A stretch of DNA of 62,687 bases from Eubacteriales bacterium (GCA_045532975.1 JAZSGX010000067.1:1-62687); one strand, 5' to 3'; counted from the stretch's first letter, positions 35,656-45,713 are shown. Notes: a model not told the origin generated them from the letters alone. Numbers and translations are program-made.

Positions 35656-35723
35656 CCCCCTTATGTAAAGGGAATCTTTTTAATGTTCATCTATGCCTTG
35701 TCAATTTTTCTGACAAGCATTGC
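35656..35723 (+). repeat. Direct repeat, right copy
   Basis: CCCCCTTatgtaAAGGGAA hairpin plus TTTTTAATGTTCATCTATG core and CTTGTCA/TGACAAG hairpin. Confidence 0.65.
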
Positions 35724-35743
35724 ATTTGTGCCTACAAATGCAA

Positions 35744-35782
35744 AAAATACGGCATATCTCGAAAGAGGTATGCCGTATTTTT
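35744..35782. terminator. Bidirectional terminator
   Basis: AAAAAATACGGCATA-tctcgaaagagg-TATGCCGTATTTTTT. Confidence 0.8.
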
Positions 35783-35829
35783 TAACTGTACTTTAAGGTA
35801 TAACCCTATGGCTTTGCTTCTTTTGTGTG

Positions 35830-37104
35830 TTATTTGGTTACAATAACGCTGACACCGTCGGGAATGGCGGTGATAGTTGGGTTATCTTTTTTTAGGATTT
35901 GCTTTGCAATTTCAAGTGCTTCGTCAATGGAGTGGGCAGGGGTTAGGTGCATTCTATATACGCTTTCGTCGTCCATTTCGGAGATGTAAATAACGTGGGC
36001 GTGGAAAAGCACACGAAGTAGCACCTGGGTTTGCCATTGGTCGGGGACTGTTTGGTTTCTTTGACGGCTCAAAAACAGGGACATTGTTTTGTTTATATCA
36101 CTCTCGTCACAAAGCTGGTGGTAGAAATGGTCGCCACCGATACCGTCGTTCGACTTGGCAAGCATAATTATAACGCCACCCTTTTTAACAGTGGCTTCTG
36201 CCGCGGTCATACCCTTTACCGCTTGATACACGTTTTGGTCAAGAGGGTAGCCGCCGTTTGTGGTAATAACTACGTCAGCCTCACAAGCCTTTGCACCGCA
36301 ATGGGTACGCAAAAAGTCCGTGCCGTGACGGTGAGCCACCTCGGGGTCGCCTGCGGTTGCAAAAATAACCTCTTTTTTGTCGTTTAGCACTACATTTACA
36401 ATAAATGCAAGCTTTGCTTTTTTAGCCGCCCAAAGCATATCCTTGTGCATTGGGTTATTTTCAAGAATACCTGTGCGACAATTCTCATTATCTATAAATT
36501 CGGAGCAGTGGTTTGCAAGGACGGTTTCACGGGCGCAAACACCCGGAAGTACGCTTTTGCGTCCACCTGAAAAGCCTGCGAAAAAGTGTGGCTCAATAAA
36601 GCCCTCGGATACCAAAAGGTCTGCTTCATAGGCTATTTTGTTGATAACGCACTCACCACCGGAGGGCAGAGTACCTATATTTACAAGCATATCTCTTTCG
36701 TCGCAGTCGTGTATGTAAATTTCCTCGTTTTTAACGATTTCCTCACCAAATTTATTAACAAGCTCATCCTTGGTTGTGCCACGGTGACAGCCTGTGGCAA
36801 TAAGAATTGTGATTTTACAGTTGGGTGCGCCTTGTCTTATCTGGCGGAGCATTTCCGGAATTATAACCTTGCTTGGCACAGGGCGGGTGTGGTCGCTGGC
36901 GATAATAACCACCTTTTCCTTACCCTTGGCAAGGTCACAAAGGGGCTGTGAGCCAAAGGGGTTAGTCATTGCCTCCTTAACTAATTCCTCGCCGCTTTTT
37001 TGCGGGTCGAATGTGTTAATGCCTGACTCCAAAACGCCTATAAGCTCGTCTCCAAACTCGTATTCAATATGCTCACGTCCGTATGGAAAAAATACCTTTG
37101 TCAT
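35830..37104 (-). CDS. LarA-family (DUF2088) nickel-pincer-dependent racemase/epimerase homolog
   Basis: IIASDHTRPVP motif and about 424 aa match the LarA pattern. Start at MTKVFFPYG after AGAGGT. Confidence 0.7.
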   Translation of the reverse strand: MTKVFFPYGREHIEYEFGDELIGVLESGINTFDPQKSGEELVKEAMTNPFGSQPLCDLAKGKEKVVIIASDHTRPVPSKVIIPEMLRQIRQGAPNCKITILIATGCHRGTTKDELVNKFGEEIVKNEEIYIHDCDERDMLVNIGTLPSGGECVINKIAYEADLLVSEGFIEPHFFAGFSGGRKSVLPGVCARETVLANHCSEFIDNENCRTGILENNPMHKDMLWAAKKAKLAFIVNVVLNDKKEVIFATAGDPEVAHRHGTDFLRTHCGAKACEADVVITTNGGYPLDQNVYQAVKGMTAAEATVKKGGVIIMLAKSNDGIGGDHFYHQLCDESDINKTMSLFLSRQRNQTVPDQWQTQVLLRVLFHAHVIYISEMDDESVYRMHLTPAHSIDEALEIAKQILKKDNPTITAIPDGVSVIVTK

Positions 37105-37120
37105 ACTGTACCTCTTTCTG

Positions 37121-38797
37121 TCACATTTCAAAGCTTAGCTTAAATGACGTCTCTCCCTTTGGCAAAACGTAGTCTATAAGATATACGTTATAGGGTGCGC
37201 TGTCTAAGTGCTTGTATGCGGTTTTTATTGTTATTTTGGGCAAAAGTCCATTTTGCGCCTTAAGGGTAACGTCGTCAATTATAACCACGTCCCCTACTAT
37301 TTTTGGCTCTATTATGGAAACAAAGCGCTCCGTGATTTCCTTTTCCTCGGTTAAAATAAAGGTGTCGGACAGGGCAATTTTATTTTCCTCAAAGGCAAAG
37401 ACACGGGTGGATTTTTTCAAAAAGTCCATACCGAAGGCTTGTGCAAAGTCAAGGGTAGCGGTCCCCTTTACTTCGTCATACTCAACGAAAACGTCGTCAC
37501 GTGCTATATCGTCCTGACCTACCCCGTTAAACATAGGAATACTGTGGGAGTAGGCGCTTGGGTTAAAGAAGGTGTATCTTTCCTTTGTGTGATAGCCCGG
37601 CAGATATGGACCTGCACCGATGTCAGCAATAATTTGCTTATTGTTCCTTGCTAAAATGAATGAGGCAACATCTATGTGGTTGTGGCTCTCACCGTTGTTG
37701 CCACCCTTAACGGTAAAGCCGTAATTCTTTGTGCGCTTGGTAAAATAGCAGGAGTTTTTTACACTGTATGTAACGTTGTCTGCCATTTCCTCGGCGTTGT
37801 TTTCTGACTTATAATAGATAAAGGAACGAAGGGCAAAATTAAAGTGGGTGTTATCGTGTACAACTATACCGTGCTCTATGGGGAGCTTTTCCACCTCATC
37901 ACCGTAAACATGGCGCAAAAGGTGAGGCAAGCCTACGTTATATTTGGAGTCAAGCCCAGAGTCACTATAGGTTGCCATTACGTTTTTCTGCAAGAACATC
38001 TTACCTATAAACTTGGAAATTTCCTTTACCTTAGGGTTAGCAAACCAGTCAACCGCGCCCTTTGTTATCTCTCTTTCCAAAAGAGCATAGGAGGCAAAGA
38101 AGCCAAAGCCAAAGCTCCAGTATCCAACACCCTCGACACACATACCGTCGTTTTTGTAGCTTGCAAGGTAACATTCCATAGCGGAGTGTAGTCTTTCTTG
38201 GTTTTCAAAGAAAAGCTCGGGAGCTTCGTACATTAAAACAGAGCCGACAGCTCCTGCACATACCGCTGTCCAGTTGTTGTTGTGAGCTTCCCAAAAATAT
38301 TTGCGCTCTAGAAATGGCTCAATTGTTCTGCGCCTAATTTCATAGGTGATTCTGTCGATTAGGAGCTTTGGAAATCTGTCACAAAAAAGGCTTTTTATCT
38401 CTGCCAAGGCAAAGGAAGCGGAGGCGGCAAAAATATCAATCAAGCCAAAGTCAAAGTCCTTTGGAGTTTTGCCGTAATATTGCTCTGTGTAGTGACCGAG
38501 AGGTGCCCAGGTATAGTCGTTTAGGTAAGCCCAAACGGACTCCAAAAGGTTCAAGTAATATTCCTCGTTTTCGGGGTAAACCAAGGACATTAAGGCGCTG
38601 GACTGCAAATGGTCAAACTGCAATCTCCAGGTGCCGTTTTCGTTATCGTTCAAAATTTCGTCTGCGGTGTGGGGGCGTGGCGCTCTTTTGCTAAATGCTT
38701 CGTCATAAAGAGCCTTTAGCTCCTGTCTGTGCTGGGAAAATTCGTCACTTGTACGCACTTTTTCCCAAAAGCTCTTGTCCCTTGCAAAATCTAACAT
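37121..38797 (-). CDS. Heparinase II/III-like protein
   Basis: GGNNGESHNHIDVASF motif (H.H.D..SF) and an alpha/alpha toroid-like N-terminus. Start at MLDFARDK after AAGGAG. Confidence 0.6.
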   Translation of the reverse strand: MLDFARDKSFWEKVRTSDEFSQHRQELKALYDEAFSKRAPRPHTADEILNDNENGTWRLQFDHLQSSALMSLVYPENEEYYLNLLESVWAYLNDYTWAPLGHYTEQYYGKTPKDFDFGLIDIFAASASFALAEIKSLFCDRFPKLLIDRITYEIRRRTIEPFLERKYFWEAHNNNWTAVCAGAVGSVLMYEAPELFFENQERLHSAMECYLASYKNDGMCVEGVGYWSFGFGFFASYALLEREITKGAVDWFANPKVKEISKFIGKMFLQKNVMATYSDSGLDSKYNVGLPHLLRHVYGDEVEKLPIEHGIVVHDNTHFNFALRSFIYYKSENNAEEMADNVTYSVKNSCYFTKRTKNYGFTVKGGNNGESHNHIDVASFILARNNKQIIADIGAGPYLPGYHTKERYTFFNPSAYSHSIPMFNGVGQDDIARDDVFVEYDEVKGTATLDFAQAFGMDFLKKSTRVFAFEENKIALSDTFILTEEKEITERFVSIIEPKIVGDVVIIDDVTLKAQNGLLPKITIKTAYKHLDSAPYNVYLIDYVLPKGETSFKLSFEM

Positions 38798-38926
38798 AAA
38801 AAATCTCCTTAAAAAGATATATCTTTTTAAATATGATAGCATATAAGGGCGGTTTTTTCAATACTTTATTGACTTTTGCTTTCGTTTAATATATACTAAA
38901 ATTAACGAGAAGCTGTGAGGTGGATT

Positions 38927-40741
38927 ATGAAAAGAGTAGATTTTTCAAACATAAAAATTACAGGCGGCTTTTGGCGTGAAAAGCAGGACCTTGTCCGTGA
39001 CGTGACTGTTAAGGCGGTATATGACAGATTTTTTGAAACGGGCAGATTTGATGCCTTTAAGTGTGACCCCAATGCCAAGATTGAGCCACACATTTTCTGG
39101 GACTCCGACGTTGCAAAGTGGATTGAGGGCGTGGCTTATTTAACAAAGGAAAAAAGAGAAATAGAGCTTGAAAAAATAGTTGACCGGGTTGTTGAGGAAA
39201 TTGAGAAAAACCGCGACGAGTGTGGCTATTTTAACTCGTTTTACTTAACAAGAGAGCAGGAAAACCGCTTTACACACAGGGATTGCCACGAGCTTTATTG
39301 TGCGGGTCACCTGATTGAAGCCGCAGTTGCTTACTATGAAGCAACAGGTAAGGATAAATTCTTAAAATTGATGTGCGACTACGCGGACTACGTTGAAAGA
39401 GTTTTCAAAATCGAAGGCACTGCTAAATTTGAAACACCGGGTCACGAGGAAATAGAGCTTGCCCTTGTGCGCCTTTACGAATGTACAGGGGAACAAAGAT
39501 ATTTGGAGCTTTCACGCCATTTTGTTGACAGAAAGGGCTATGAGGATGGCGACCCTATGCGTGCTTGGATGGAGTTTGCATACAGCCAATCCCACAAGCC
39601 TGTCAGAGAGCAGGACACGGCAGAGGGACATGCGGTGCGTGCGGTTTATCTTTACTGTGCTATGGCGGATTTGGCGCTGAAGTACAATGATAACAGCTTA
39701 GTTGTTGCTTGTAAGAAAATATTTGAGAATATTTCAAAAAAGCGTATGTACATAACGGGCGGTATTGGTTCTTCAGCTGAGGGCGAGGCTTTTACCGTGG
39801 ACTACGACTTGCCAAATCTTACCGCATATACGGAGAGCTGTGCAGCTCTTGGTTTGGCACTTTTTGCCCACCGTATGCTTTTGCTTGAAAGCAATTCAAA
39901 GTTTGCTCACGTGGTGGAAAGGGCGATTTATAACGGCTTTATGTCCTCAACCTCATTAGACGGACGCGCTTTTTTCTACACTAACCCATTGGAAATTTTA
40001 CCCCATATGCTAACCTGTAACACAAGCGTGAAGAACAAAAATCCTCTTAATTTGCCAAAGCCTCAAAGGCAAGAGGTTTTTAATTGCTCCTGCTGTCCAC
40101 CTAATATAGTTAGATTTATTCCGTCTATTGCCAACTTTATGTACACTCACGACGACAAGACGATTTATGTACATCAGTTTATGGAAAGTAATGCCAAGCT
40201 TAAGGTTGGGGAGCAAGAAATTGAGATAGAGCAAAGGACAAATTACCCCTATGACGGACGCGTGGAAATAACCGTTAAGGGAGGGGATGTGCGCTTAGCT
40301 GTGCGTGTGCCAGAGTGGTGCGATTGCTATGATGCGCCCTCAAACGGATATATGTATTATTCCGTTAACGGGGAAAACAACAAGATTTGTATGGATTTTC
40401 AAATGCAACCGAGATTTGTTTATGCTAATACCGAGGTGCTTGATGATGCGGGCAAGTGCGCCCTTGTATGCGGTCCTTTGGTTTACTGTATGGAGGGCTG
40501 CGACAACGAGCATCACTTAAGAAACATAGTCCTTGACACGGATAGCGAGTTTTACTGTGGCTTTAACAGTGAGCTTGGCGTACCCACAATTACCGTTGAT
40601 GCGTATGCAAGAAAATCAAGTGAGGCTCTTTATTCCTTTAACAAGGGTAGAATTGAAAAAACAAGAGCAACCTTTATTCCTTATTTTGCCTTTGCAAACA
40701 GAGGAGTACAAGAAATGCAGGTGTGGAGCCTTTATAAATAA
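38927..40741 (+). CDS. GH127 (DUF1680) beta-L-arabinofuranosidase-like glycosidase
   Basis: CHELYCAGHLIEAAVAYY and FNCSCCPPN (Cys/Zn site). Confidence 0.8.
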   Translation: MKRVDFSNIKITGGFWREKQDLVRDVTVKAVYDRFFETGRFDAFKCDPNAKIEPHIFWDSDVAKWIEGVAYLTKEKREIELEKIVDRVVEEIEKNRDECGYFNSFYLTREQENRFTHRDCHELYCAGHLIEAAVAYYEATGKDKFLKLMCDYADYVERVFKIEGTAKFETPGHEEIELALVRLYECTGEQRYLELSRHFVDRKGYEDGDPMRAWMEFAYSQSHKPVREQDTAEGHAVRAVYLYCAMADLALKYNDNSLVVACKKIFENISKKRMYITGGIGSSAEGEAFTVDYDLPNLTAYTESCAALGLALFAHRMLLLESNSKFAHVVERAIYNGFMSSTSLDGRAFFYTNPLEILPHMLTCNTSVKNKNPLNLPKPQRQEVFNCSCCPPNIVRFIPSIANFMYTHDDKTIYVHQFMESNAKLKVGEQEIEIEQRTNYPYDGRVEITVKGGDVRLAVRVPEWCDCYDAPSNGYMYYSVNGENNKICMDFQMQPRFVYANTEVLDDAGKCALVCGPLVYCMEGCDNEHHLRNIVLDTDSEFYCGFNSELGVPTITVDAYARKSSEALYSFNKGRIEKTRATFIPYFAFANRGVQEMQVWSLYK

Positions 40742-40770
40742 ACGCAAAATGTAAAGTGAAAAGGTGAAAT

Positions 40771-41850
40771 ATGGAGTTCAATTATAAAAAAGGAATGGGC
40801 ATAGGCGGATGGCTGACCAATTACAAGCGCTTTAACGTCTTGCCTCTTGACAAAAGGTTAGAGCTAACTGTGGGTGACTATGAGCATTTTGAGAGCTATA
40901 TCACCGAGTGGGACGTAATTAACATTAAAAATATGGGTCTTGACCATATTCGCTTGGGCTTTGACCAAATCGTTTTAGAGGAAGCGCCCTTTGTGTATAG
41001 GGAGCGCACAATGGCTTTGGTGGAGAATTTTGTTGAGCTGTGCGAAAAGCACGGGCTTGGCATTGTGCTTAATTTGCACAAGTGTATCGGTAACTATTGC
41101 GACATTGAGGAAAGTGTAACGCTTTTTGACAGTGAAGAGCTGCAAGAACGCTTTATAGGTCTTTGGGTGGAGCTTGAAAGACGCTTTGCAAACAAGGACA
41201 ACGTAATTTTTGAGCTACTAAATGAGGTGCGCGAAATTGAGCCAAGCCTTTGGAACGATTTGGCAGAAAAGACCATAAACGCAATACGTCAAGTCAACAA
41301 AAACAGGCTAATAATTGTAGGCTCAATCTGTTGGAATAACCCAAATAAGCTACACGCCCTCAAGGTTTTTGATGACAAAAACGTAATTTACACCTTCCAC
41401 GTTTATGACCCCTCGGAGTTTACCCATCAAAGGAGTGTTTTACATTGGAAGCACCTATATTACAACAGAAAAATGGAGTACCCGGGGGACATACAAAAGT
41501 ACCGCGATTTTTATCGCATTGTGCATAATAACCCCTGTGCATATTCCCACGTTGATATAATGGATATGGGCTATATGCGTGAAATTTTTGAGCCTGTTAA
41601 GGAGTTCAGGCGTCTGCACCCTGACAAGGTGCTGTGGTGCGGTGAGTTTGGCACAATCCGTCACGCAGATATGAAGAGCCGGGAGAATTGGATGCGGGAC
41701 GTAATAACGCTATGCAAGGAAAACGACGTGCCTTATTCTGTTTGGAACTACTTGAGCACTCCAAACGACGGTAACCGATTCAGCTTGGTTGACGATGACA
41801 CCCGTCAAATCTTAAGCGAGGAAATGCTGAAAATAATAAACGGAAACTGA
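40771..41850 (+). CDS. GH5-family glycoside hydrolase
   Basis: FELLNEV (acid/base) and WCGEFG (nucleophile). No signal peptide. Confidence 0.75.
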   Translation: MEFNYKKGMGIGGWLTNYKRFNVLPLDKRLELTVGDYEHFESYITEWDVINIKNMGLDHIRLGFDQIVLEEAPFVYRERTMALVENFVELCEKHGLGIVLNLHKCIGNYCDIEESVTLFDSEELQERFIGLWVELERRFANKDNVIFELLNEVREIEPSLWNDLAEKTINAIRQVNKNRLIIVGSICWNNPNKLHALKVFDDKNVIYTFHVYDPSEFTHQRSVLHWKHLYYNRKMEYPGDIQKYRDFYRIVHNNPCAYSHVDIMDMGYMREIFEPVKEFRRLHPDKVLWCGEFGTIRHADMKSRENWMRDVITLCKENDVPYSVWNYLSTPNDGNRFSLVDDDTRQILSEEMLKIINGN

Positions 41851-41905
41851 CTTTTTCAACGAATTTGAGTATGATGTGATTAAGAGCATAAGGGGGAATT
41901 AAAGA

Positions 41906-43561
41906 ATGAAAAAAATTATATTTATACTACTTTGTATAGCTTTTGTTTTTGCTTTGCTTTTATCCTTTGCCTCTTGCGGCGAAAGCGGGAATAATGACAA
42001 TGGCTCACAGAGTAGCACACAGAGCTCTGTGCCATCCGAGGATGACGGTAGCATCTCCCAAAGCAGCGGAAATGCGTCCTCAGAAAGTGATGAAACGCCG
42101 AATATCACTGAGCCGAACGACTCTTTAGCAGGAATGACTGAGGCGGAAAAGGCGTTTTATCTTTACAATATGGACGTGAAAGCAGATATAGTAAAAACGA
42201 AAGTGGTGTATAGTCTTTATACAACTGTTAACGGCAAGGTGTTAGAGGCAGAGTCATCCTCAACTGTTATAGTTAAGGGCGAGGGTGAAGCTCTTGAGGA
42301 ATACAGAGAGGGAAAAACGTCTATAACAATGGAAGGCACCTCTACGGTGCAAAAGATAACAGACGGTTATGCTAACGGACGTGGATTTGAAAAAATTATC
42401 TCTGACGGTATTTTGAAAAGTGCAATTTACGAGGAAATAAGCCTTGAGGAATACTTGGCAAATCGAGAAGGGTCATCCTTGGGCGATATAGAATTAAATG
42501 AAGATAATTGTAAGTTAGCCACCCTTGAAAAAGACAAATCAGGTAACTATATTGCTAAGTTTACCGATATTATGGGAGAGGGCTTGAGATCATTTCAAAA
42601 TTTGGTTTTGGTTGCCTTTGAAAGCCTTGTATCAAACGAGCTTGCGGATGTATGCATAACCTTGGTTGTTGACCCAGACCTTGTGCCTGTTAGCATGACG
42701 ATAGAGTTTGAGTTTGACGGGGAAAATGCGCCTGCCCTTGAGATTGAGGGAGAATTTACCTTTGACGGAGATGTTGAATTCCCGCAAATCGACTGGAGCG
42801 AGTATAGTGAAAAAATTACTCCCGATAATTTTGAGACTCTTTCAAGAGAGGAGCAGGCGTTCCATCTTTTAAGAGCAGAGAACGAAGAAACTACCTTTAC
42901 TGTTGACACTGCTATGTCATTTTCCGCTTATGTAAATGGCCGTAAGCTTACCTTGGATATTACTCAAAAATCAATAGTATCTATGGAAAACGGGGGGTAT
43001 TCGGAATATAACGTTACAAAAATTGAGTCCGTTTATATGGGATACCGTGAAAGCTCCGTGGTTACACAAGGATATTTGGACGGTAAGTCGTTTACTCATA
43101 TAACCGTAAACGGTCAATTTTACGCTGCTGAGGCGATTCCTATGACTCTTACGGAATATATGATGCAGAGAATGGAGAATGCGCAGGATACTCCCGAGCA
43201 TTATGGCATTACGGAAGAAAACTGTAACATGGCCACTTGCTCAAAGGATGGAGAGGGATATTTGGCTCGGTTTTTAAGCCTTAAAGGCGCACCGCTTGAG
43301 TATTTTCAAGATATGGCGGTGGAATATTTGAGCTATCTTGACTCTTATACGCTTTATGATGTGATTTTGTTAATCAAGGCGGATGATCAGTTGAAAACTA
43401 CCGGCATTACAGTTATTTACGATTATGGTGCAGATACTTTTTCTCCACAGGTTAATATTGAGACAACATACACCTACGAAGAGGCGGATTTCCCTCAAAT
43501 GGACTGGTCAGAATTTGAAATTTCAGACGACAGCCAAAAGCCACCGTCTGCCGAGCTTTAA
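41906..43561 (+). CDS. Lipoprotein with two tandem copies of a roughly 220-aa unit
   Basis: Lipobox LLSFASCG, Ser-rich linker, then repeats ending DVEFPQIDWSEY and EADFPQMDWSEF. Confidence 0.65.
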   Translation: MKKIIFILLCIAFVFALLLSFASCGESGNNDNGSQSSTQSSVPSEDDGSISQSSGNASSESDETPNITEPNDSLAGMTEAEKAFYLYNMDVKADIVKTKVVYSLYTTVNGKVLEAESSSTVIVKGEGEALEEYREGKTSITMEGTSTVQKITDGYANGRGFEKIISDGILKSAIYEEISLEEYLANREGSSLGDIELNEDNCKLATLEKDKSGNYIAKFTDIMGEGLRSFQNLVLVAFESLVSNELADVCITLVVDPDLVPVSMTIEFEFDGENAPALEIEGEFTFDGDVEFPQIDWSEYSEKITPDNFETLSREEQAFHLLRAENEETTFTVDTAMSFSAYVNGRKLTLDITQKSIVSMENGGYSEYNVTKIESVYMGYRESSVVTQGYLDGKSFTHITVNGQFYAAEAIPMTLTEYMMQRMENAQDTPEHYGITEENCNMATCSKDGEGYLARFLSLKGAPLEYFQDMAVEYLSYLDSYTLYDVILLIKADDQLKTTGITVIYDYGADTFSPQVNIETTYTYEEADFPQMDWSEFEISDDSQKPPSAEL

Positions 43562-43566
43562 TTAAT

Positions 43567-43602
43567 AAAAAAGCTTATCACCTCAAAGTGATAAGCTTTT
43601 TT
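43567..43602. terminator. Bidirectional terminator
   Basis: AAAAAAGCTTATCAC-ctcaaa-GTGATAAGCTTTTTT. Confidence 0.85.
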
Positions 43603-44095
43603 ATTCTTCTTTAGGGATTGATTTGTTGATATATTCTGCGTGGGAAGCTTCAAGCTGACAAAGGACAGCGTCACAGTATCCGTTGTTTTGGAAAACAACC
43701 AAATATTTTTCACCGCAAAATATATTGTGGCAATAGCGGTACACAAAGGTTTTACCGTATTTTTTCTCCAATTTTTTTCTGATACCCTTTTCATATTTTT
43801 CAATGGTCAAGGCGTCTGTCATAGGGTAGTAGCAAACGTATGCTCCTCGCTTGCCTGTTAGCTTGTCAACGTAAAAGTCAAGCCTGTCGCCATTTTCCAT
43901 AACTATATATGAATAGGTAGTAATTTCGTGCCTGATAAAAAGAAACAGCCCCACAGCCAAGAAAACCACAGACAGGGACATAAGAATTGTGCGCACAAGA
44001 CCTGTGCCAAAGCCCATCAAAACGAATGAAGCTACAATTAAGCTACCGTAAATGGCGCGCAAAAGATTATCGGTGTGCTTCGGTGTATATTTCAT
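43601..44095 (-). CDS. Hypothetical membrane protein (2 TM)
   Basis: AAGGAG RBS. Two hydrophobic helices, then a soluble domain. Confidence 0.55.
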   Translation of the reverse strand: MKYTPKHTDNLLRAIYGSLIVASFVLMGFGTGLVRTILMSLSVVFLAVGLFLFIRHEITTYSYIVMENGDRLDFYVDKLTGKRGAYVCYYPMTDALTIEKYEKGIRKKLEKKYGKTFVYRYCHNIFCGEKYLVVFQNNGYCDAVLCQLEASHAEYINKSIPKEE

Positions 44096-44151
44096 ATAAC
44101 TCCTTATAAAGTGAAAAGGGGTGAAGCATTAGCAACACCCCGTATATTCAC

Positions 44152-44337
44152 TTACGCGTTTTCTTTCTTAAAGATCTCTTTTCCGTTGTAGTAGCCACAC
44201 TCGGAGCATACGCGGTGTGTGAGGTTGTATTCACCACACTGCTTGCATCTTGCCATTGTTGGAGCTGTGAGCTTGGAATTGTTTGATCTTCTCAAATTTG
44301 TACGGGAATGAGACTGCTTTCTCTTTGGTACTGCCAT
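44152..44337 (-). CDS. rpmF: 50S ribosomal protein L32 (Cys4 form)
   Basis: MAVPKRKQSHSR...C..CG...H.VC..CG. Confidence 0.93.
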   Translation of the reverse strand: MAVPKRKQSHSRTNLRRSNNSKLTAPTMARCKQCGEYNLTHRVCSECGYYNGKEIFKKENA

Positions 44338-44393
44338 GTTGAGTAACCTCCTTTATGTTATGTAGAACATTTTTCTAAAACATTATACTACAA

Positions 44394-44918
44394 TTATTCT
44401 TCATTTTCAAGTAGTTTTTGTAAAATTGCTAAGCGGGGATCAATTTCTTTTTTCTTCGGGCAACCGCAAAGACCAGAATTAAGGCTTTTGCCGCATTTTG
44501 GACAAAGACCTGCGCATTCCTCTTTACACAGGAGCTTTGATGGGAATTCAAGCATTAAATCCTCTACTAATTCACGGTCGATGTCCAATTTGCCGTTTTT
44601 CACAATGACGTAATCGTCATTTGCTTCGTTTTGTAGAGTGCCTGATGCCGCAACGGTACGGTTGAATGTGAGGGTAAATGTGCCAAAAATATCCTCAAGA
44701 CATCTTGCACAGCGTGATTGATAATCAATTTCCGCATATGCGCAAAGGGTCATGTAACCGGCATTGTCGGTAACGTAACCGTGCACACGGATTGGCGCTG
44801 TAAAAGAAACGTCGTCCGGGGGTAAAATTGCATCCTCGTCGTCTGCTTGGGTAATTTCGTACTCAAAATCCAAACGCTGGCTTTTACCACTTAAAAGTGA
44901 TGATAAATCCAAAATCAT
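44394..44918 (-). CDS. yceD: YceD/DUF177 family protein
   Basis: Conserved position upstream of rpmF and a C-terminal CKEECAGLCPKCG motif. Confidence 0.8.
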   Translation of the reverse strand: MILDLSSLLSGKSQRLDFEYEITQADDEDAILPPDDVSFTAPIRVHGYVTDNAGYMTLCAYAEIDYQSRCARCLEDIFGTFTLTFNRTVAASGTLQNEANDDYVIVKNGKLDIDRELVEDLMLEFPSKLLCKEECAGLCPKCGKSLNSGLCGCPKKKEIDPRLAILQKLLENEE

Positions 44919-45059
44919 GCAATCTTCTCCCATCGCAATATTTTACAGTTAGATATTATATATAAATTTTCTTGTTTTGTCAAGTATTTTTTCAAAATTT
45001 CTTGATTGATTCATATTTATGTGATAGAATAGTACAAGAAATCCAAAAAAGGAGCTATT

Positions 45060-45665
45060 ATGGAAGAAAAATCTACTGCCAAGCGTGTTGGCGCTATTAT
45101 AAAAACCACCTTAACTGTGGTGCTTTTTGTCTTTATCGGTGCTTTGATTTTCAGAATGTGCCAAGCATCTCATCAGGCATTAGAGGAAACGGTGATAACC
45201 GAGGAATTTAAGTCTGCCTACAAATTAGATAACGATATTCGTACTCACGCCGTAACCGAGGAGTTTTCGGAAAACGGCGCGGTTTACGCTTATTCCCTTG
45301 TTTATATGAAAAAAGCGGGGTATTTGCAATTTACTGTGCGCTACAATACAAGGCACATTGACGAGGTGAAGAAAACCTACCCTGAGTTTGACGAAAAGAA
45401 TATTCGCTATACCTTAGTTGATGCCAAGGGAAAGGAATATAAGCCAAATGTGTTAGAAACAGACGAGGCGTATAACTACAAGTATTTTAAGTTAGAGTTT
45501 ACAGACGTTAATTTTGAAAGCGACAATTTGAGCGTTAAAATGCACCTTGACGGCATTGATATAAATGTGGGTACAAAGTCAACCGCTATTGTGCATAAGA
45601 AGGACAGCTCATCAATTCCGTATCAGCTCACAGGCGATGACGAGGATGCGCTTTTAGGAAAATAA
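45060..45665 (+). CDS. Hypothetical membrane-anchored protein
   Basis: AAGGAG RBS and a single N-terminal TM segment. Confidence 0.55.
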   Translation: MEEKSTAKRVGAIIKTTLTVVLFVFIGALIFRMCQASHQALEETVITEEFKSAYKLDNDIRTHAVTEEFSENGAVYAYSLVYMKKAGYLQFTVRYNTRHIDEVKKTYPEFDEKNIRYTLVDAKGKEYKPNVLETDEAYNYKYFKLEFTDVNFESDNLSVKMHLDGIDINVGTKSTAIVHKKDSSSIPYQLTGDDEDALLGK

Positions 45666-45668
45666 ATC

Positions 45669-45698
45669 AAAAAACTGCGACACGTGTCGCAGTTTTTT
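45669..45698. terminator. Bidirectional terminator
   Basis: AAAAAACTGCGAC-acgt-GTCGCAGTTTTTT. Confidence 0.85.
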
Positions 45699-45713
45699 GA
45701 TTTTGCTGTAGTT

